A stretch of 64,000 nt of DNA from NCBI GenBank assembly GCA_963767925.1, contig CAVYGB010000002.1, forward strand, positions 736,001 through 800,000. Direction: 5' to 3'. Shown here in pieces: positions 55,201 to 64,000 of the stretch (position 1 is the stretch's first letter; each line of letters begins with the position of its first letter). The position numbers were made by a program, and so were the translations under genes. Source of the DNA: an uncultured delta proteobacterium (GTDB lineage Bacteria > Myxococcota_A > Polyangia > Fen-1088). Below the pieces are notes generated by a model. The model saw only the letters and a program-made list of their open reading frames with translations, did no database searches and was not told where the DNA came from.

Positions 55201-57078
55201 TCACTCGATGGTGGGGGGGCGGGCGGTGTTGACGATGGCGAGGGCGGCGCCGGCCGGGTAGGCGTAGGAGACGTAGGTGGTGCCTGCGACCTGGCGGTTG
55301 CCCCAGCCCCAGACGGTGAGGGCGAAGGGGGCGGTGCTGGCGATGCGGTGGCGGCCGTTGCTGCAGCCGGGGATCACGGACTGGAAGCGGCCCCTCACCA
55401 GGTCGACGCGGGTGTACTGGTAGCGGCCCAGGGCGGTCCAGCCGGTCAGCGGCGCGCCGGCGCAGGCGAGGGTGACGTCGGCGAGCTGGCCGTCGGGGCC
55501 GGGCTTGCGCACCACCACCAGGCTGGTCTCGGGGTAGGTCGGGTCGGTGAGGAAGGTGTAGGCGTCGAGGTACTGCTCGGTGGGGACGACGTTGACCCAC
55601 TCGGGATCGCCGGCGCCCTTCTCCTCGGCGGTCTGATCGGCGGTCACGAAGTCGGCGCCGGCCATGAAGGCGGCCAGATAGAACGGATGGTCGGCGTCCT
55701 GGCTGCGCACGACGAAGGGATCGGCGGTCCAGAAGACCTCCGTCTGGCCGGCGGCCAGCGCGGTGGGCGCGGGGGCGGGGAACTTCGCCAGCGGCGCGGG
55801 CGGGCGCGGCTCGTAGCTGAGGACGGTGCCGTCGACGGCGCCGATGATCTGCCAGGGGACCGCCTCCTCGCGGGTGCTGACCCGGCTGCGGTGGGGGACG
55901 GCGGCGTATTCGCGGCCCCAGGCGGAGAAGGCGGGGATCTGCTGGTGGCCGCTGTCGCAGGCCTGGGTGGCGACGTCCATGTCGAAGCAGGCGGTGCCGC
56001 CGATCAGGGCGACCGGCTTGCTCGAGTAGACGAGGCTGCCCGACAGGCCGCCGCCCGCGGTCGGCGAGGGCACGTCCTCTTGCACCACCTGGAGGAACTG
56101 GCCCGCGGAGAGCTGGACGCGCAGGACCTGGCCGGGGCTGGTGGCGGCGAGCCCCTGTCCGCCGACAACGGTCAGCGAGGGCCGCAGCATCACCTCGGTG
56201 TCGTCCTGGCCGGCCACCACCAGCAAGTAGGTCGGCGCGTTGGAGCCGTCGCGGCCGGTTCGCGGGCCGTAAGGTGGGGTGGCGGCGACGTGGTCCTTGC
56301 CCCAGGCCTCCTGCGGCAGCAGCAAGCTGGCCGAGGTTACCGCGGAGTTGGCGCCGCCGTACGGGTTGATGTCGTAGGCCACCACCGGGCGATCGCTGGT
56401 GAGGTGGAAGGCCTGGCCGATCGCCGAGCTCCAGGTGGGGAGGATGTCGCTTCCGCCGCGGCCCACCTCGGCCGTCTCGGCCAGCGCGGGCTCGACGCCG
56501 AAGGGGCACGAGGTGCGCTGCAGACCGACCGGCAGGGGCGGCGGCGCGGGGACGCCGGGCAACATCGGAGGTGGCGTCGCCGCCGGCGGGGCGCTGGCCG
56601 GTTGCCCCGACAGGAAGAGCACGGCGACGTCCCCGGGCGCCAGCCCCTCCGCCTCGTCGAACGGCCCGTAGGTCAGGCCGGCGCCCTGGCCGCGCGGCAC
56701 CCGCGCCACGCGGCCGAGCGGAAGGTCGCCGCCCGCGCGGGTCAGCCGCAGCTTGGCCGGACGGGTGCCCGGGTTCACAACCAGCAGCGCGTAGCAGGTG
56801 CCGGGGTAGATCGGCATCTGCGCGGCGAAGAAGCTGCAGCCGCCGTTGCCCATCTGACCGCCCACCCGGTCGCAGACGATCTCGGGCGCGCTCGACGCCG
56901 CGGGACCATCCGCACCTGCGGATGACCCGGCGCCCCCGTCGGGGAGCGTGAAGGTCGGCAGGGGCGGGTCGGCGGAGGCGCCGCCGTCCCCCGCTGGACC
57001 CCCGATGATGCGAAGGGGCGAGCAGCTCAGCGACAGGGCACTGCAAAACACCGACAGCAGCCCCGCGCGGCCAGTCAT
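55201..57078 (-). CDS. IgGFc-binding-domain lipoprotein
   Basis: Lipobox SLSC; FHLTSDRPV, ASLLLP..AWG, SSKPVALIGG, QQIP..AWGREY, VPTEQY, SYAYPAG. Confidence 0.88.
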   Translation of the reverse strand: MTGRAGLLSVFCSALSLSCSPLRIIGGPAGDGGASADPPLPTFTLPDGGAGSSAGADGPAASSAPEIVCDRVGGQMGNGGCSFFAAQMPIYPGTCYALLVVNPGTRPAKLRLTRAGGDLPLGRVARVPRGQGAGLTYGPFDEAEGLAPGDVAVLFLSGQPASAPPAATPPPMLPGVPAPPPLPVGLQRTSCPFGVEPALAETAEVGRGGSDILPTWSSAIGQAFHLTSDRPVVAYDINPYGGANSAVTSASLLLPQEAWGKDHVAATPPYGPRTGRDGSNAPTYLLVVAGQDDTEVMLRPSLTVVGGQGLAATSPGQVLRVQLSAGQFLQVVQEDVPSPTAGGGLSGSLVYSSKPVALIGGTACFDMDVATQACDSGHQQIPAFSAWGREYAAVPHRSRVSTREEAVPWQIIGAVDGTVLSYEPRPPAPLAKFPAPAPTALAAGQTEVFWTADPFVVRSQDADHPFYLAAFMAGADFVTADQTAEEKGAGDPEWVNVVPTEQYLDAYTFLTDPTYPETSLVVVRKPGPDGQLADVTLACAGAPLTGWTALGRYQYTRVDLVRGRFQSVIPGCSNGRHRIASTAPFALTVWGWGNRQVAGTTYVSYAYPAGAALAIVNTARPPTIE

Positions 57079-57423
57079 GCGGGCATCTTCCGCCAGAAGC
57101 CGCCGGGGTGGAAACCCAATCTGGTGACCATCGTTCTCCGCGCGGACGGACGCAAAACGGCGCCCACCCTGAGTCGAAAGGGAAAAGGAAACCCCGAGAA
57201 GATCCAGGCGGACGGGGGGCGAGACGCGTACTGGGGGCAAAAACGACGGAAGCAGGGTAGGCCCGTCGCGGTGGCCGCGGTCGTTCGCGCTGGTCACGTC
57301 GCGCTGGCCGAGTCTCCGCCACGGCGCCAGCCGGCAAAAGGTCCGCGCCGGCCCGTGATCGCCCCGCCTCTCGTGAAAGACACCGTCAGGTCTCGAGACG
57401 CCGCGCCCGGGGCGGGCGCCGGC

Positions 57424-57990
57424 TCACGTGAAGACGTCGTCGACGGGAACCTGCAACTCCGGAAATGCCGAGGAGACGATGACCTCTCCCCGCCGGAAGG
57501 GGGTCACGCGGGTGTACACCCCATCCACGATCTCGGAGTGAGCTTCGACGCGTTCGCGGGCCGTGTCGACGATCCAGTACTCAGAGATTCCGTGCTCGGC
57601 GTACAAGGCCCCCTTGTCCCGCCGATCGGCTGCGAGAGAGCTCTCGGCGATCTCGACGACGAGGAGAGCGCGAGTCGGGTGCTCTTCCTTGTACGAACCG
57701 GGCGGCACGGCGGCCAGGTCGGGCTCCGGCTCCGAGTCCTCCCCGAGGGCGAGCGGGAGCTGAACGCGAACGTCGGCCAGACCGGGGATGCCGAGGGCCG
57801 CCATCAGGAGCTTGGAGAGCTTCTGGACGGCGGCCGCATGGCGAGGTCCTTGCGGACTCATGCGGACGATAAGACCACGAAGCAGCTCGACTTTCTCGTT
57901 CGCCAGGCGGCCAGACTGGACGAGCTGGTCGTATTCGACTCGGTGCAACGGTCGAATCCGATCCGGCAGTCCCGCAAACGCCTTGGACAC
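57424..57990 (-). CDS. Uma2 (DUF820) family endonuclease-like protein
   Basis: VELLRGLI..MSP.GPRH, SEPEPD, LVVEIA.SS..DR..K..LYA..GI.EYWIVD. Confidence 0.93.
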   Translation of the reverse strand: MSKAFAGLPDRIRPLHRVEYDQLVQSGRLANEKVELLRGLIVRMSPQGPRHAAAVQKLSKLLMAALGIPGLADVRVQLPLALGEDSEPEPDLAAVPPGSYKEEHPTRALLVVEIAESSLAADRRDKGALYAEHGISEYWIVDTARERVEAHSEIVDGVYTRVTPFRRGEVIVSSAFPELQVPVDDVFT

Positions 57991-58096
57991 GCGGAGAAGC
58001 GTAACACGCTCGCCCTCGTGGCGTGCCCGGGCGATGGCCTCCCCGTCTAGCCAGGCCCGAGCGCAGCGAGGGAACCCGACGATTTCGAAAACAGCC

Positions 58097-58249
58097 CTAG
58101 TGCACCGCTCGCGAAATAGCGCCGACGATCCTGCGCCCCCGCTTCGTTGCTCCTCCCCGGAATATGCCGGATATTCGTCGTCGTCGCGCCTCGCGGGGCC
58201 GCAGGCTTGTCGGCGGATCCTTGACGCTATTTCGAGAGCGGTGCACTAG
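58097..58249. mobile_element. MITE-like element, 153 bp, CTAG at both ends
   Basis: 25-bp terminal inverted repeats CTAGTGCACCGCTC(G/T)CGAAATAGCG with one mismatch; non-coding interior. Confidence 0.85.
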
Positions 58250-58701
58250 CGGGCTTCCTGGAGGCGGGGGGCGGCGGGAGTGAGGGTGTGGAGGGTTTCG
58301 AGGAGGGACGCGCGATCGGCGGGGCGGAAGCGGAAGAGGCTGTGGGAGATGCGCTGGCCGGATCGCAAGGTGATCGTCAGTCCCGGCCAGCCGGCGGTGG
58401 CGGTGGCGCCGGCGATCTCCTCGAGGCGGTAGGCGCGCCGGCGCGTGGGCTGACCCAGCAGCAGGAGGCTCTGACCGTCGAGGGAGATGGAGGGACGCGG
58501 GATCAGCAGCGCGACGAGGGCGGCACCCGTGGCCACCACCAGCCACAGGAGCAGCGCGCGGGGGAGGACCTCCCAGCCGCTTTCGGCTGCGCGGCGGACG
58601 ATGCGGGTCGCGCCGAGCGCGAACAGGAACAGGCTCGCTGTCCCCACGACCGTCAGCACGTGCCGGGCCATCGAAGCGCGCGCCTCGAACGACTTGCTCA
58701 T
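58246..58701 (-). CDS. Hypothetical membrane protein
   Basis: Two TM helices then a short beta domain; its TAG stop is part of the MITE end. Confidence 0.6.
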   Translation of the reverse strand: MSKSFEARASMARHVLTVVGTASLFLFALGATRIVRRAAESGWEVLPRALLLWLVVATGAALVALLIPRPSISLDGQSLLLLGQPTRRRAYRLEEIAGATATAGWPGLTITLRSGQRISHSLFRFRPADRASLLETLHTLTPAAPRLQEAR

Positions 58702-58964
58702 GCGACCCTTGTAACACACGCTCTCCGGCCCGCTCGACGGACTCCCGCGTCCTGCGTGCGCCGACGCACCGACGGCGCGGGTGGTGCCTCGTGGATGCGG
58801 GCTCGGCAGTCCTGAGTGTCGCAGTTGGTGACACCGCGAGGGCGGCGCGACGTTCAGTCGAGGACGGCGACGTCACATCGTCGGCGGTCTGCGCCGGGTG
58901 CGATCGGGAGGGTGGCTCCTCGTCGAGAATCTCGGCGGGTGTGGCATAGTCGCGCGGCTCGCTC

Positions 58965-60821
58965 GTGGAAACCGCTCCTTCACCCGAACCTGGCGCCCGG
59001 TTGGCGGCGGCCGCCCCGTATCCGGGGGCGCGAAGGTTCCGGGGGGTGCGGTGGGGGATCGTGGCGGTGGGGCTGTTGCTTGTGTTGCCGGCGCTGGGGG
59101 CGGGGTTCTTCGGGGACGACTACATGCAGATCGCCCAGATCGAGCGGTGGTCGCTGGTGCCGACCTCGCCGCTCGACCTGTACGTGTTCGTGCCGCGGGA
59201 GGCGGCGGCGGTGCAGGCGTTGCGGGACGGGGGGACGCTTCCCTGGTTCGCGGCGCCCGATCTGAAGATCGCCTTCCTGCGCCCGCTGAGCAGCGGGTTG
59301 ATGTGGCTGGATCATGCGCTGTTCGGGCGCTGGGCCCTGCCCTACCACGTGCACACGCTGCTCTGGTTCGCTGGCTTGCTGGCGGCAGCGGCGGCGCTGC
59401 TGCGGCGGCTGGTGCCCGGCACGCTGGCCGTGCTGGCGCTGGCCGTGTTCTGCCTCGACGAGTCGCACGTGATGGCGGCGGCCTGGGTGGCGGCCCGCAA
59501 CGCGACGGTCTCCTGTGCCTTCGTGTTCGCGGGCACCGTGGCCCATCTGCGCTGGCGGACCGAGGGCTGGCGGCCGGGCGCGCTGCTGGCGCCGCTGGCG
59601 CTGGCCCTGGGGCTGGCGGGCGGGGAGATGGGGCTGGCGGCGATGGCCTACCTCTTCGCCTGGGAGCTGCTGGAGCGCCGGCCCGGCTGGCGGCGGGCGC
59701 TGCTGCCGGCCCTCGGCCTGGGCCTCGCTTACGTCATCCTGCACCGGCTGACCGGGTCGGGGGCGCGGGCGGGGGGCGGCTACCTCGATCCCTTCGGCGA
59801 CCCGCTGGGCTTCCTGGCCGCCGTGCCGGAGCGGGTGCTGCTCCTGCTCGGCAATCTGCTCGTCGCCTCGCCGGTCGACCTGGCCCTGTTCGACCCCGGG
59901 ATCCGGCCGGCGCTGATCGCGGCTGGCGCGGGCGCCGCGCTGCTGGTGGGGCTCTGGCTGCGGGCGGCCCTGCGGCGTTTGCCCGCCGGAGAGGCGCGCG
60001 CGCTGCGGGTCGCGGCGCTCGGCGCCGGCGGGGCGCTGCTGGTCAGCGTGCCGGCGCTGGTGGGCGAGCGGGTGCTGCTGGCGGCCAGCCTCGGCGGGGC
60101 GGTTGTTATCGCGGCGCTGCTGCGGGATGCCTGGCGCTGCCTGCGCGCCTGGCGGATGGCGGCGCTGGCGGCGGCCGGGCTGCTGGCGCTGGGGATCCCC
60201 AACCTGGTGCTCGCCGGGCCGCTGCGGCTGGGCAAGGTGCTCTTCGCGCGCAAGATGTTCGGCGACTACCGGCGGCTGGCTGCCCAGGCCGAGATCGCGG
60301 CGCCGGTGCCGGCGCGGGTGGTGGTGGTTGCGCTGCCGGATCTGGTGGCCTTGCACCTGCCGGTCCTGCGGGTGATCGACCAGCAGGTACCGCCCGCGAC
60401 GCTGCGAAAGTTCCTGCACGACCGCAAGGTCGACGACCTGCCCCTGCCCGACCGGGTCGGCTACCTCGGCTCGAGCGTGCTGTCCCTCTCCGCGGCCCGG
60501 CACCGCCTGCGCCGGACCGGACCGGCGACCCTCGAGCTCTCCACCCCCGCGGGCACCTTGCTCGACGGCGCCTGGGCCCAGAGCCTGCGCGCGCCGTCCC
60601 TGCCCCTGGCGCGCGGGCAGGTGATCCCGCTTTCGTACCTCACCGCCACCGTGCTCGAAGATCGCGGGGGACGGCCCACCCGGGTCGAGTTTCGCTTCGA
60701 CCGCCCGGTCGACGACCCGTCGCTCGTGTTCCTGGCGCTGTCGAAAGGGGGCCTGCGCCGGCTGCCCCTGCCTCCGGTCGGCCGGGAGATCGACGTGCCC
60801 CAGGATCCGGTCCTGTTCTGA
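58965..60821 (+). CDS. Polytopic membrane protein, GT-C glycosyltransferase-like
   Basis: TM1 followed by GFFGDDY, FLRPLSS, YHVHTLL, H..AAAWVAARN; about 11-12 TM helices. Confidence 0.65.
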   Translation: METAPSPEPGARLAAAAPYPGARRFRGVRWGIVAVGLLLVLPALGAGFFGDDYMQIAQIERWSLVPTSPLDLYVFVPREAAAVQALRDGGTLPWFAAPDLKIAFLRPLSSGLMWLDHALFGRWALPYHVHTLLWFAGLLAAAAALLRRLVPGTLAVLALAVFCLDESHVMAAAWVAARNATVSCAFVFAGTVAHLRWRTEGWRPGALLAPLALALGLAGGEMGLAAMAYLFAWELLERRPGWRRALLPALGLGLAYVILHRLTGSGARAGGGYLDPFGDPLGFLAAVPERVLLLLGNLLVASPVDLALFDPGIRPALIAAGAGAALLVGLWLRAALRRLPAGEARALRVAALGAGGALLVSVPALVGERVLLAASLGGAVVIAALLRDAWRCLRAWRMAALAAAGLLALGIPNLVLAGPLRLGKVLFARKMFGDYRRLAAQAEIAAPVPARVVVVALPDLVALHLPVLRVIDQQVPPATLRKFLHDRKVDDLPLPDRVGYLGSSVLSLSAARHRLRRTGPATLELSTPAGTLLDGAWAQSLRAPSLPLARGQVIPLSYLTATVLEDRGGRPTRVEFRFDRPVDDPSLVFLALSKGGLRRLPLPPVGREIDVPQDPVLF

Positions 60822-60906
60822 CCGGGACCCTCCCGCTATCGGTTCGCGGAGCCAGGGCGCGCCGGTCGAGGTGGCGGTTTTCCGGCGGAGGGAGCAGGCT
60901 GGGGCC

Positions 60907-61638
60907 ATGTCCAGCTCCACCCGCGCTACCGATGGATCCGGGACCGTCTTGCTGGCCGGGGCCACCGGGCTGGTGGGCGGCCATTGCCTGAGCCTGGCCA
61001 GCGACGCCTACGATGCCGTCGTCGCGGTCACCCGACGGCCTCTCGCAACCCCCTCGCCGCGCGTGCGCGATCTGGTCACCGAGCTCGACCAGCTCCCCGG
61101 CCACCCGCCGGTGCCGGCGCGGGCGGGGCTGTGCGCGCTCGGGACCACCATGGCCCGGGCCGGCTCGCGGGAGGCCTTTCGCCGCGTCGACCACGACGGG
61201 GTGCTGGCCTTCGCCCGCTGGGCGCGGGCGGGCGGGGCCCGGACCTTCGTGCTGGTCAGCTCGGCCGGCGCCGCGCCGACCTCGCGCACCTTCTACCTGC
61301 AGGTCAAGGGTGAGACCGAGGCCGCCCTGCAGGCGATCGGCTTCCCCCGGCTCGTCATCTTGCGCCCGGGCCTGCTGCTCGGCGCGCGCGGCGAGCGGCG
61401 CCTCGGCGAGGCGATCGGGCAGGCCCTGTTCCGCCGGGCGAATTTCCTCCTGGTCGGTCCCCTGCGCGGCTACCGGGCCATCGCCGCCGAGACGGTCGCC
61501 GCCGCGATGCTGGCCGCCGCCAGCGCCGACCAGCCCGGCCGCTTCATCTGGCACAACCAGGAGATCGAGGCCGCCGCCCGCGCGCTCCCCCCGCCCTCGC
61601 AGCAGCCCGCGGTCAGCCAGCCCGGCGCCAGCGCCTGA
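60907..61638 (+). CDS. NAD(P)-binding Rossmann protein (YraR/TIP30-like)
   Basis: GATGLVG, CALGTT..AGS, VSSAGA, YLQVKGETE, RPGLLLG. Confidence 0.9.
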   Translation: MSSSTRATDGSGTVLLAGATGLVGGHCLSLASDAYDAVVAVTRRPLATPSPRVRDLVTELDQLPGHPPVPARAGLCALGTTMARAGSREAFRRVDHDGVLAFARWARAGGARTFVLVSSAGAAPTSRTFYLQVKGETEAALQAIGFPRLVILRPGLLLGARGERRLGEAIGQALFRRANFLLVGPLRGYRAIAAETVAAAMLAAASADQPGRFIWHNQEIEAAARALPPPSQQPAVSQPGASA

Positions 61639-61712
61639 CCGGACGCAGACCAGCGAGCGGCCGTTCGCTCGAGCGCAGCGGCGGGTGCGGGGCGCCCTAC
61701 AGGTGGCGACCG

Positions 61713-61756
61713 CCCCTCACCCTGCCCTCTCCCCACGGCGCACCGCGGGGAGAGGG
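61713..61756. repeat. REP-like element
   Basis: CCCCTCACCCTGCCCTCTCCCC...GGGGAGAGGG. Confidence 0.8.
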
Positions 61757-62003
61757 TTGAGAAAGGCTGCGACCTGCTGACCGATTGGTGCCGGGCCACC
61801 GCCTGCTGCGCGGGCCCCTTCACAGGTGGCGGGTGGGCTCGGGGACCTGGGGCCAGGCGTCGTTGCGGCCGTCGCGGGTAATGGACCCTTCCGCGTGCGA
61901 GCGCGGCCGCCCCGCGGGGTCGACCCGGCTAAAACGGCAAACGCGGCTGCGCCGGGTGGGCGCAGCCGCGTTCTCTCGTGGCAGGTGGGGCCGGCGGTCG
62001 GTC

Positions 62004-63467
62004 TCACAGGCCGAGGGCGTGGAGATCCTGCTCGGCGCAGGGCAGGGTCGGCAGGCCGAACAGCCCGGCGCCGGCGGGCGCCTTGAGCACGGTGGCCGGC
62101 GTGCCGGCGGTGAAGGCGTGGATGGTCAGCTTGGGGGCGCGGCCCTGCCCCGACTCGTAGACCAGGTGATCGTCGTCGAGCCACTGGGTCTCGTACGAGG
62201 CGACCGCCGAGCCGACCTGCACCGACTGCTTGCGCCCGGCGTCCCACACGAACAGGGCGTTGCTGGCCGGGTGGCAGGCGTCGGCGCTGCCGGTGTAAAC
62301 GAACCGCTTGCGGCCCGGGGACCAGCCGAACGAGCCGGGGCGGATGGCCTCCCGGGCGCGCACCGGCTTGTCCCCGTCGACGCCGGCCAGGTGCAGGCCG
62401 TCCTCGCTCAGCGAGACGCCATCGGGGTCGGGGCGGTGGTGCTCGGCGCCGAGCGCGTCCACGCTGGTGGTGGCCACCGTGTCGGCGCACCCCTCCTCGA
62501 TCGGCACCAGCCCGGTGCGGGTGGCGTCGAGGGTGAAGGCCCGGGCCACGCCGGCGCCCGCCACCACCACGTTCCACACCGGCTCGCCCTGGGGCGAGAA
62601 GCACATGTCCAGCGCCGCCACGTCGGCGTCGACGGTCAGCGGGCCCACCGGCTCGAGGCTGTCGAGCCCGATCACGGTGACCTCGGGCCGCACGAAGGCG
62701 GCGCCCCCCTCGACCTTCTTGAGCGTCCGCGCCGACAGGACGATGAGCTGGCGGTAGTCGTAGTCGGGGTGGACCGCGACGACCTGCCCGTCGAGATCGC
62801 TCAGCGGGCGGATGCGCCCGCTGGTCGGATCGAAGTGGTAGACCTCCTGGTAGAGGTCGAGCTTGGCCTCGCCGGTCTCACCCGTCAGATCGGGCTCGGC
62901 GGGCAGGTGGGTGCGGGCCACGAAGGCCACTCCCTTGTTCAGCCCGCTGGTGTACGCCTTGCGCAGCTCGGCCCGGATGGCCTGCATCTGCGACCACTCG
63001 GGCGAGGCGCGCAGCGGGGCCATCTCCTTGCCCTTGTCGAGGCGGCGGGCGTAGCCCGCGTAGTCGCGGGCCAGCAGCTCGCGCCACAGGGCCGGCGCCG
63101 CCGCGAGATCGCCCTCCAGCACGGCCGCCCGCAGCTCGGCGAAGCGAGCGGCCGGCTTGTCGGGGTAGGCGGCGACGACGCTCTGGAAAGCCTCGCGGGC
63201 CACGCCGTACTGGCGAGCGCGCAGGGCCTTGTAGCCGTCGTCGACCGCCTTGATCCCGTCGGCGCTCATGCGCACGAAGGGGTCGGCCATGCCGATCGCC
63301 GGTGGCGCGGGCGGCACCGGGGCGGGGACGGGCGCCTCGACGGCGGGCGCCGGGGGGGCCTCGGGCGCGGGCGCCCGCGGGCTGGGTGGCGGGGTTGTCG
63401 ACTCGCAGGCGACGGCGCCGGCGAGCAAGCTGATGAGGAAGAAGCGGTTGATGAACGTGGTGGTCAT
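62004..63467 (-). CDS. Lipoprotein with a TPR-like helical region and beta-propeller-like C-terminus
   Basis: Lipobox AVAC; Pro-rich linker; FGWSPGRKRFVY, QWLDDDHLVY. Confidence 0.7.
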   Translation of the reverse strand: MTTTFINRFFLISLLAGAVACESTTPPPSPRAPAPEAPPAPAVEAPVPAPVPPAPPAIGMADPFVRMSADGIKAVDDGYKALRARQYGVAREAFQSVVAAYPDKPAARFAELRAAVLEGDLAAAPALWRELLARDYAGYARRLDKGKEMAPLRASPEWSQMQAIRAELRKAYTSGLNKGVAFVARTHLPAEPDLTGETGEAKLDLYQEVYHFDPTSGRIRPLSDLDGQVVAVHPDYDYRQLIVLSARTLKKVEGGAAFVRPEVTVIGLDSLEPVGPLTVDADVAALDMCFSPQGEPVWNVVVAGAGVARAFTLDATRTGLVPIEEGCADTVATTSVDALGAEHHRPDPDGVSLSEDGLHLAGVDGDKPVRAREAIRPGSFGWSPGRKRFVYTGSADACHPASNALFVWDAGRKQSVQVGSAVASYETQWLDDDHLVYESGQGRAPKLTIHAFTAGTPATVLKAPAGAGLFGLPTLPCAEQDLHALGL

Positions 63468-63589
63468 GGCTGCGGAGTCCTTTCTCGGGCGTTGCGCCCG
63501 CGAACAGGCATTTGCAGCCGGCGTGCCGGCAGCCAACTCCGCGTGCTGCCGGGGCGATCCGCCGCCAGCGCCGCCCCGGGCGGGCGAAT

Positions 63590-64000
63590 CTACTTTTCGT
63601 TTATACGATTGGTAGACGACGGCCGGGCCCGCGACAGGTGAAAGGGACCCTCCAGGCGCAGGGCGATCGCCGCCGCCACCAGGAGGATCGCGTTGCGCCC
63701 GAAGGTCTTCCAGGTGACCGCGCCGCTGCCGGCGCCGAAGCAGGCGCAGTCGATGTCGAGGCCGCGCACGAGCGCCCAGACCACCGCTCCCGTGAACATC
63801 ACCAGCAGCAGCGCGATGGCGGCCGCGCCCGCCGCCCGCCAGGGGCGCGGCCCCAGCAGCAGCGCCAGCCCGGCGACGATCTCCGCCGCGGGCAGGGCGA
63901 TGGCCAGGTAAGGCGCCGCCTGGACGAAGAGCTGGTAGCTGGAGATCTCCTGGGCCAGCCCGGCCGGATCGCGCAGCTTGCTCGCCCCCGCGGCGATGAA
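63590..64000 (-). CDS. MauE/DoxX-family membrane protein (5' end off window)
   Basis: FIAAGASKLRDP, LPAAEIVAG, RGLDIDCACFG, RN. Confidence 0.88.
   Translation of the reverse strand, partial: FIAAGASKLRDPAGLAQEISSYQLFVQAAPYLAIALPAAEIVAGLALLLGPRPWRAAGAAAIALLLVMFTGAVVWALVRGLDIDCACFGAGSGAVTWKTFGRNAILLVAAAIALRLEGPFHLSRARPSSTNRINEK

Overview
Very GC-rich bacterial chromosomal segment, most likely Myxococcota (inferred from eukaryote-like Ser/Thr kinases, many lipoproteins with Pro/Ala/Asp-Gly-rich linkers, a DUF1592/DUF1552 pair and an Oar-like TonB receptor). Most of the window is ordinary housekeeping or envelope content: groES/groEL with an upstream FmdB-type gene, cyaY, corA, an HtrA protease, an Fpg/Nei glycosylase, a beta-CASP RNase, a GH95-like glycosidase, two FAD monooxygenases, a desaturase, an OFA-MFS transporter, a planctomycete-type DUF1549/1553 + DUF1501 pair, and IgGFc-binding and LamG lipoproteins. 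The most notable non-coding structures are: (1) an integrase-less integron cassette array at about 21.5-23.1 kb, with two complete and one partial attC sites and two PIN-domain cassettes, one an intact vapBC; (2) a 21-copy 16/17-bp tandem array enclosed by 50-bp inverted REP-like repeats at 35.8-36.3 kb; (3) a 4x66-bp REP-derived tandem repeat that contains the start of a DUF1566 lipoprotein signal peptide; (4) a CTAG-flanked MITE; (5) recurring -10 boxes 6-10 nt before start codons, suggesting leaderless transcripts. Four frameshifts in groES/groEL indicate local sequencing or assembly errors, so all frameshift and pseudogene calls are provisional. No rRNA, tRNA, CRISPR array, integrase, transposase or reverse transcriptase was recognised. 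All family calls come from motif recognition by eye, not database searches.
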